Shown: positions 56,956-64,000 of the stretch, piece after piece
How the letters are laid out: each line of letters opens with the position of its first letter
How positions within the stretch are numbered: the stretch's first letter is position 1
From: an uncultured Planctomycetota bacterium
GTDB lineage: Bacteria > Planctomycetota > Planctomycetia > Pirellulales > Lacipirellulaceae
Length of the DNA stretch: 64,000 nt
Direction of reading: 5' to 3'
Assembly: GCA_963719315.1 (NCBI GenBank)
Contig: CAVRBU010000018.1
Coordinates: forward strand, 1-64,000
Made by a program: the position numbers and the translations under genes
Notes under the pieces: model-generated
What the model was told of the DNA's origin: nothing
Seen by the model: only the letters and a program-made list of their open reading frames with translations
Database searches by the model: none

Positions 56956-57007
56956 GTAGGCCGCTCGCTCCGCGAGCGGAATTCATCCCGCGGGGCGGGA
57001 TGACCAC
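56956..57007. repeat. GTAG-type REP-like pair
   Basis: GTAGGCCGCTCGCTCCGCGAGCGG...CATCCCGCGGGGCGGGATGACCAC. Confidence 0.6.
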
Positions 57008-57220
57008 ACTTTTCGGCCGAACTTTCTCCCCGGCCGCCCCTTAGACACCCCGATCGGCCGCCCGGTTCGCGGCGATTGGAGAAAATCCGGAAAATCCGAA
57101 AGTAGGCGGTTTTACCGCATATTCGTAGGTGAATTCGCAAGAATTCAGATGCCCAGGACAGAATATTGGCGAACTCTGCTGTGTCAGCCGCAGCAGCCCG
57201 ACAACCGGCCGCAAGCAAGC

Positions 57221-57442
57221 TCAGATATCGTCGCCGTAGAACTCGGCGTTGAAGAGCCTGTCGAGCTCATGATCCTCAACCGCACGCTGCTTGGCCGCTT
57301 GGTAGATGTCGCCGATTTGCACCGGCGGCATCAAGCGGGCCGCCGCAGGCTGTTGGCCATCACCCCTTGCGGGCATCGCGCCCAGGTTAAACGTGGCGGG
57401 ACCGATGTTCGGCAGGAAACTTGGAACATGATTGGGAAACAT
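57221..57442 (-). CDS. Small hypothetical protein
   Basis: Protein-like C-terminus IYQAAKQRAVEDHELDRLFN. Confidence 0.5.
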   Translation of the reverse strand: MFPNHVPSFLPNIGPATFNLGAMPARGDGQQPAAARLMPPVQIGDIYQAAKQRAVEDHELDRLFNAEFYGDDI

Positions 57443-57911
57443 ATCCGCCCCCGCTAGCAGCGCCAGCACGAATTAATCGACATGCCTTGAACACCATCGA
57501 CGACTCAAATTCCGTTTATTGCCCAAATTTTCTTATTGCGGGTTGCACGAGTTATGCCGCCTCAAACGTCACACTGCATTTTGCCGCGCGTCATGCTAGC
57601 ACGCGATCAAACGATGCACTGCGGAGCGTTGGCACGCATAGCCGTTCACTTACGTTCACACCAAATAATTGTATGCAGATGGCAAGCTGACATTGACTGC
57701 ATTTCTCAAACGGGTTTTCATAACTACTAGCTATGCCTGCTCGGGTGCATCGAGAGGCGCGTTTTCATTGGGCTGCGACAACTCACTGGGCCTCCGGAAG
57801 TTTCGCAATCAACCTGCCAATCATCAACGGACCGTGGCCTTACTCAACGGAAGCCTAGCTTCCCCCTACGTAATCCGCGCGATGATTGGCCAATCGGAAG
57901 GAGTCTGTTTC

Positions 57912-58395
57912 ATGGCATCGTCTACATTGTTGGAACGAGGTTCATCGGCTGTCGCGCCGTTCTCGAGCCCGATCCAAGGCTTCCAGCCGGGTTCGCTTCC
58001 GGCCGGCTCGCCGGCGAGTGCGAATTGGTGCGTGCTGCCGCGCTGCTCGGTCGAATTCGAAAAGACGTTCGAGCGGCTGCAAGATTCATTGCCGTTGCGA
58101 CGACGAAGTCGCCCGCGGCACGTTGCAGAATCTGTGCCGCATGCTGGCCGACGGAATGTGCAGTTGCTGCTGCACGCTGAACGGCATTCCGTGCTGCCAA
58201 ATTAATTTGACGGCCGGTATTTGCAAGTGCGAATACACCAAGGATGGCTGCTGCATCAGCTGCACCAGCGGCGACAAGGCCTGCGCGGCGATGATCCAGG
58301 CCTGCTGCAATTGCCTCAACACGTGCTGCGAGAGCGGATGCTGCTGCTACATCTGCTTCAACAACACGCCGATTTGTTGCGGTACCAGCGCGTAA
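57912..58395 (+). CDS. Cysteine-rich protein (~29 Cys), internally duplicated (frameshift ~58068)
   Basis: AAGGAG RBS; two frames join at EKT|SSGCKIHC; CC/CCC clusters; downstream hairpin 58454-58497. Confidence 0.8.
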
Positions 58396-58537
58396 TCGAT
58401 GCAAGTCGGCACTTGTCCGATCGTGCGGCAAGTAGGTCGATTGAAAAAGAGAAGCCCCGGGCGGTTGGCGGCCAGGCCGTCAACCAAACCGGGGCGTTCT
58501 TATTCAATCATAAATTCTCAATTTCAAAGCAGAGTAG

Positions 58538-59479
58538 CTACCGTTGCGTCTCGGTGGATGTCGAAGTCCGCTGCGCCTGGGCTGACCGTTTGCCGCTGGC
58601 CTGCAATTGCATCGCCAATTGCTTGGCTTGATTCAAATGCTTCTGGACGGTTGGCCGGGCCTCGCCGGAAGCTTGCTTCAGCGGACCCTTAGTTTCTTGC
58701 GAGATCACTTCGAGAGCAGCCAGCATGTGCATATGCCCGGCGATCTGAGATCCCACAAAGCACTCATCGAACTCGGCCCCGGACTTCTGCTGAAGTTCTT
58801 CGCGCAATGCCTGTAGGCAACGCTCGTCGATCTTCTGTTCGATGCCGGCCAGTTGATGGAGAGCTGCATTGCCATGCATTGCCGGATGTGCGGCAGACGT
58901 GCCGTCGCTGGTGTCGCGGCTCAACTCATTGGTGGCCGATGGCGTGACGGCATTGGGCGCTGCTGGATCGAACGCGGAAGTAATTGGCCGTCCTCCGGTA
59001 GCGTCAATTGTCGTGCGATCGGTTCCCGGTGCTGTATTTGCGTTTGGCGATGAGCCCGCACGATGCGCTGCTGCCAATATACCGACAATTTGCTCAAGCT
59101 GCTGCGCAAGCTGCCGATGGTCCTTCGTGAGTTCCTCCGCAAATTGTTTCACCTGCGGATTCTGCGATTGCCGTACGGCAAATTGGCTGAGCTCGACCTC
59201 GGCCTTATTGTTGTTCAGCAAGCAATTCGCCAAATAGCGCTCCACTTCCTGTCCAGGCTGCGCGCCTGCCTGTGCTCCGCGATAGCCCGCGGTGTACGGC
59301 TGGCCTCGCAACACACGCTGGCCAGTTTGCGGCACTTGCGCTCGGTCAATCTGACCCGTGCGACTTGAATCATTTTGACCTGTGGTCGGATTGATCTCGG
59401 CGGCTGTAGCGATGGTTAGCAGCAAACAAGACAATCCGGCCGCGACGACACCAACTCCCATTCTCTGCGATGCGGACAT
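58538..59479 (-). CDS. DUF4142 (ferritin-like) secreted protein
   Basis: AEVELSQFA...VKQFAEELTKDH...SGAEFD..F...Q...H. Confidence 0.8.
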   Translation of the reverse strand: MSASQRMGVGVVAAGLSCLLLTIATAAEINPTTGQNDSSRTGQIDRAQVPQTGQRVLRGQPYTAGYRGAQAGAQPGQEVERYLANCLLNNNKAEVELSQFAVRQSQNPQVKQFAEELTKDHRQLAQQLEQIVGILAAAHRAGSSPNANTAPGTDRTTIDATGGRPITSAFDPAAPNAVTPSATNELSRDTSDGTSAAHPAMHGNAALHQLAGIEQKIDERCLQALREELQQKSGAEFDECFVGSQIAGHMHMLAALEVISQETKGPLKQASGEARPTVQKHLNQAKQLAMQLQASGKRSAQAQRTSTSTETQR

Positions 59480-59554
59480 AGTGTCACTCCCTTCAAGCTA
59501 TTGGGGTTCCGCGTGATGGGGCAACACAACGCCGCCCCGACCTGGCACTTACCA

Positions 59555-59571
59555 AGCAAATCGAGTGCCGG
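59555..59571 (-). promoter_or_regulatory. Sigma54 promoter for the DUF4142 gene
   Basis: Minus strand CCGGCACTCGATTTGCT, GG-N10-GC, ~75 bp upstream of the start. Confidence 0.7.
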
Positions 59572-59651
59572 CGCGGACGAGATATCTGACCCATTTCGGG
59601 TCATGACTGACGGCGAAGTAAGACTCGGTCAAGATGACCGGGATTCGCGAA

Positions 59652-60524
59652 TCAGTTTTGATTGCGAGGGCGTTTACGATTGTTTTCGCCGCCCGGTGGA
59701 CCGGCGTTGGGCTCAGCGCCGGCGCCCCAGGCTTTCATGCGGTCGCCCATTCTTGCGGCGATTGCCTGTAGCTCTCCAGCGTCAATCGCGCCGTCGCCGT
59801 TGGTGTCGCCGCCTCGCAACACTCCCATCATCTGTGGCGGAACTTCGTTTGCCGTCAACCGTCCATCGTGATTGCGATCGTACTGAAAGAAGCGTCCCAT
59901 GGCTTCGTTTCCGCGACGTCCCGCGGCACCAGCGCCATTAGCCCCGCCGGCCAGGTTTCCATTTAGGTTTCCCCGCGCCTCGCCGCGCCCCGTTCCCATC
60001 GCGGCTAGCTCTTGGCGGTCAATCGCGCCGTCGCCGTTCAGGTCGGCGCCTTGCAGCATTTGCCTTTCGTTTTCGTTCAGTTCGTCGGGAGTGAGTCGGC
60101 CGTCGCCGTTTTTGTCCTTCGCCATGATTCGGTCGAGCCATTGCGTAGCATCGTTTGCAACGGCCCCGACGCCACCCGCCGCCGCGGCATCCCCGCCGCA
60201 CTCGGCAAGTGTGATATTGCCGTCGTTATTCGCGTCGAGCTTCTTCAGCGACAGGATTGCCTTTTTGAGTTCTGCTTTCGAGATGACTCCATCGCCATCA
60301 GTATCAAGCGCGGCGAACAACGCGTTAGGTGCGCCGGTGCCTGCTCCGGGTGCGCCCACCGGGATCGGATCACCAGGATTCGCGGGCGGATCCGCCGGTT
60401 TGTCGGCCGTTTTGGCCGCGTCAGCTTCCGGAGCCTTTCCGCGCAAAGCGGGACTGTTCGAGAATTGGGCGGAGGCCGTGGCAGTGAACAAGAAAATCAA
60501 CGATGCGCACAGTAGCGATTTCAT
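59652..60524 (-). CDS. Secreted EF-hand protein
   Basis: Six DxDxDG-type loops (DTDGDG, DANNDG, DKNGDG, DLNGDG, DRNHDG, DTNGDG). Confidence 0.88.
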   Translation of the reverse strand: MKSLLCASLIFLFTATASAQFSNSPALRGKAPEADAAKTADKPADPPANPGDPIPVGAPGAGTGAPNALFAALDTDGDGVISKAELKKAILSLKKLDANNDGNITLAECGGDAAAAGGVGAVANDATQWLDRIMAKDKNGDGRLTPDELNENERQMLQGADLNGDGAIDRQELAAMGTGRGEARGNLNGNLAGGANGAGAAGRRGNEAMGRFFQYDRNHDGRLTANEVPPQMMGVLRGGDTNGDGAIDAGELQAIAARMGDRMKAWGAGAEPNAGPPGGENNRKRPRNQN

Positions 60525-60811
60525 CTCTCTGTTCCTTTGTCAGGTTGTCTGACGATCGGTGCGACGAACGCGCGGCGATAACGAGGGCGATTGTTGGCTC
60601 GGGTTTGGCCAATTGCATTGTACCTTGTCGCCGCCGGCAAGAAATAGAGCCCCGGCCTTTGGCGGTAGGGCTCGAAAAACGGCGGCGTTGGGTGACGAAA
60701 TCGCGGGAATCGCCCGATTTTTTGCGGGCGAGGGCGGGCGGGAACAGCTCGATCAAGATGGGCGAAGCGGAAGAGTTGGCGGCGTTCGCCACGCCAAGCC
60801 GCAAGCGGCCG

Positions 60812-61063
60812 CTAAGGCCTGAGAGCGCTCTGCGGCTGGCTCTTGATGGCTTCCTTTTGTTCCTGCATGGCTGCGGCTTCTCGGGCCAGTTTGAACTCGG
60901 GCCCCGGAGCATAATACTGAACGTCGTCGGTTAGATACCAGGGACTGGGGAGCGTCACCCCGGCCATCTCGACCTGGCAACCGGTAAGCAGCATTGCGGC
61001 TGGCCACAGGCAAATCATCGCGATTTTCCAGCCGGCCGAGTGCTTGGGTTTTGTATGGTTCAT
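60812..61063 (-). CDS. Small putative lipoprotein
   Basis: LTGC lipobox; LPSPWYLTDDVQYYAPGPEFKL. Confidence 0.7.
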   Translation of the reverse strand: MNHTKPKHSAGWKIAMICLWPAAMLLTGCQVEMAGVTLPSPWYLTDDVQYYAPGPEFKLAREAAAMQEQKEAIKSQPQSALRP

Positions 61064-61467
61064 CGTTCCGTCTCTCTGCCAACTGCAGCCGATGGTCAAG
61101 ACTTTCCGCCGGGACTCCGGCGGGTGTCGCTCCACCGTACAACCGTTATCGTCTGCATAATCGGAAAACTTTGCGAAGTTTCAGAGTTTGTCACTTTGGG
61201 TCCGCTAGCTCGATGCATTGCTGGCGGGAAACCTCATTCGGGGCACTGCTGCGGGCTCGTCCGCCGCGGCGGACTTGAAGTCAGCCACTCAACGGCGAGT
61301 CTCACGAAGTGCCACAGAGGGGTGTTACAGACAGGATTGTCTGCCCTTCAGCGGAAACTTGGTAGAATGAAAGCAAGCGCCGGCCGGCGAATGGAGAGAG
61401 GCCTTCTTCGCGGAGTAGCGGCGTCTGATTGCTGCAACTGCTAGTCCCACGTCCAGGAGGCCTGGCA

Positions 61468-64000
61468 ATGCGAATAATAGCACGCCGCTTGTTCGGCGGC
61501 GCGATGCTGGCACTGCTGTTGGCTTCGGCGTCACCCGCGCAACTTACCGACGAAATTCCACACGCGTCGTACTACGCCTCAAAAGCAGCGTTTTATTCGG
61601 GCGATTATCGCGACGCCGAGCGAAATCTCCGCCGCGAGCGTGGCGTCCGCACCACGCAGGCGAATTGGATTGATTCCATCTGTTATCACGCCATGCTCGG
61701 CGAAGTGCTGTACCACGAGGGCCGCAATGCGGAAGCGCTCACCGAGTTCGATCAGGCGTGCCAGGTATTTCTGGCATATCCCAATTGGCTGTTGCAGGTA
61801 AAGTTTCAATCGACTTCTGCTGGCGGTCTGCGACCCGATCCGAATCGCGCACGCCGCGCCCCGACGTGGGGACAAAGTTCGCGCAATTTTGTGTTGGGAC
61901 AATTTCCCGCGGCCGAGCAAGTCTTGGTGGGCGACCTCAACGCTCAGGAAAAGTATCAAAAGGGTGGCGTCGTAAGCGTACCCATGTATTGGCGAGTCAA
62001 CGTGGCGGAGATCATGCGGACAACGGCACTGGCTATTCGCCGTCGAAATGAGTTGCTCGGCCCGCTCGCGCCGCAGGATCCGATCTCGAAACAATTGTCG
62101 GCAGCGCTCGCCAGCAATAGTTTAGCTCCGGCCAATCATTGGTCGAATGCCTGGATCGACGTACTCCGCGGTTGCGCAAGAGGGAATGGGCAAGCTCGAC
62201 GAGGCCGATATGCTGCTCGGCCGCGCGCTCGTAGTTGACGGGCAGTTCGATCATCCGCTGACGAGTGTGGCGTTGTTGGAGCAAGGTCGAATTGCGATGG
62301 CCAAAAACGACACGCGGCGGGCCGCCCAGATATTGGCCGAAGCCGGCTTTTCGGCGTTTTACTTCGAAGATTGGGACGTGCTCACGGAAAGCGCGCTCAA
62401 CGGCTGGATCAATCACCTCGCCTCGAATGGAGCTGGTGTGTATCCGCCGCTCGACGCAATCGCGGCCTGGGCGCAACTAAACCGGTTGCAACACATCGGG
62501 GTCAAACTGCGGCTCGCGCAGGCGGAGAGTTTGCTGTGGCTGGGGCAGAATTCGGCGGGAGCCACGCTGTTGGAAGACGCAGGGCGTCGAATCGGCGAGA
62601 TGAGAAACGGTCTGCCCGGTATCCATCTATTGTATTTACAGGCTGTCGTCCAATTATTGCAAGGCAAGACCGAGCAAGGAGGCGACACGCTGACCCGGGC
62701 GCTCGCGGCGCAGGCTGGCGCGTCGCTGCGCAATTTTCAGATTCTGCGCACGAATCAGTTGTACGACAGCCGGATTGCTTCGCCGCGCTTGGCGGTGGAT
62801 TTCTACAAAGCGCTGTTGGCGGATCCGACTCCGGCCGAGTGGGTTCGCAGCCCGCTCGATGCGATGGCCGTGTTGCAAACGGGCCAAGATGCGGCCTTCG
62901 ATCGTTGGTTTGTTGCGGCGCTCGAGCGAAAGGATGCCGGGCTCGCGCTGGAAATTGCCGAACGGGCGAAACGCCGGCGGTATCTTGCCGCGCAGCCCTT
63001 CGGCGGGCGGCTGCTCGCGCTCCGCGCGATTCTCGAATCGCCGGTGGCCGACCTTTCTCAGGAAGCCGTCTTGCAACGTCAACACATTCTGACCAGTTTT
63101 TCCAACTACCAAGCGCTTATGGATGCTGGGCAGAAGATTCGCGATCAACTTCTGGTGAGCCCGATTCTGGCCACCAACCCCACTGAGATCAAAACGCTCA
63201 GCCCGCTGTACGACGCTTGGGAACGCAATGCGGTTGAGCGGCAGCACTTGCTGACGAAAATCGCGGTCCGCCGATTGCCGTCGGCCTGCGAGTTTCCGCC
63301 TTATCTTACAACCGCCGAATTGCAGCAATCGTTGGCCAGCGGCGAGTCGCTCGTCGAATTCCACGCCGCTGCCGGCAACCTATACGGGTTCTTGCTCACC
63401 AAAACGGATGCCCGCATCTGGCAGCTTCCCGATGCTCGGCGGCTGCGAGCCGGGCTCGCGGATTTTCTGAAGGCGATGGGCAACTATGGGGCGAATCGTC
63501 AACTGTCTATCGCCGAATTGAAGGACGACACTTGGCGGGAGTCGTCGAAGGCGGCGTTTACCACGTTGTTCGGCGACGCCAAGCTCGACCTGACCAAGAC
63601 GACCGGCCTGATTATCGTGCCCGACGACATTTTGTGGTATCTGCCATTCGAAGTGCTGACGCCTGCCGGCCCGAAAGGCGCGGCGGACCCGGAGAAAGTC
63701 TTGTCCGATCGCTTTCTGGTTCGCTACGGTCCGACCGGCGCGCTTGCGGTCGCCCGACCACAACCTCTACGGCGGCCGCAGCACACCGGAATCGTCGCCA
63801 ACGATTTGAAGTTTGGCGGCGATGAAAGCGCTCGTGCGGCGCTCGTGCAAGAGCTCGAGAGTGCGTCTACCGGGCCGCTCGTCTTTGCGGACTCGCTGCC
63901 GCAACCAGCAAACTTGATTTCACCGCTCATCGACCAATTGGTTGTAATGGACGATATGGCGGCGAATGCCGATATCGGCGAAGCGGCCACGCTGTTGCCG
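61468..64000 (+). CDS. Large secreted TPR-like/CHAT-domain protein, runs off the window (frameshift ~62180)
   Basis: GGAGG RBS, signal peptide, helical repeats, CHAT motif LIIVPDDILWYLPFEVL at ~63610. Confidence 0.75.

Overview
GC-rich bacterial chromosome segment. Gene content (PEP-CTERM proteins, long PilM, PVC-type heme-protein fragment, CHAT protein) points to a planctomycete, probably Pirellulales-like (inference). Many genes, including groES, groEL and plsC, carry single-base frameshifts, most likely from assembly or long-read errors. The backbone has groES-groEL, hemB, lpxI-lpxD, phoD, lptB-lepB-plsC-cmk, a PilM-to-secretin cluster, an ECF sigma factor, a sigma54 activator and several surface proteins. 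Just after the groEL terminator is an accessory island with a two-gene DUF262 + HEPN candidate defence module. Both genes are broken: an IS21 (5835-8438, 6-bp target duplication) splits DUF262 and an IS3 (~9338-12544) cuts the HEPN gene. The IS3 transposase is itself split by a complete group II intron (10074-11916) next to its first catalytic Asp codon. The two unrelated IS elements share a 38-nt hairpin with a compensatory base change near their right ends. An ISKra4-family IS (31464-33193) has a 133-bp MITE derivative (27923-28055) that rewrote a host protein's C-terminus. That MITE and a second, unrelated MITE (54765-54890) carry pairs of the same 28-nt REP-like hairpin. Also notable are a ~29-Cys internally duplicated protein and sigma54-type promoters. 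I found no tRNA, rRNA or CRISPR array.
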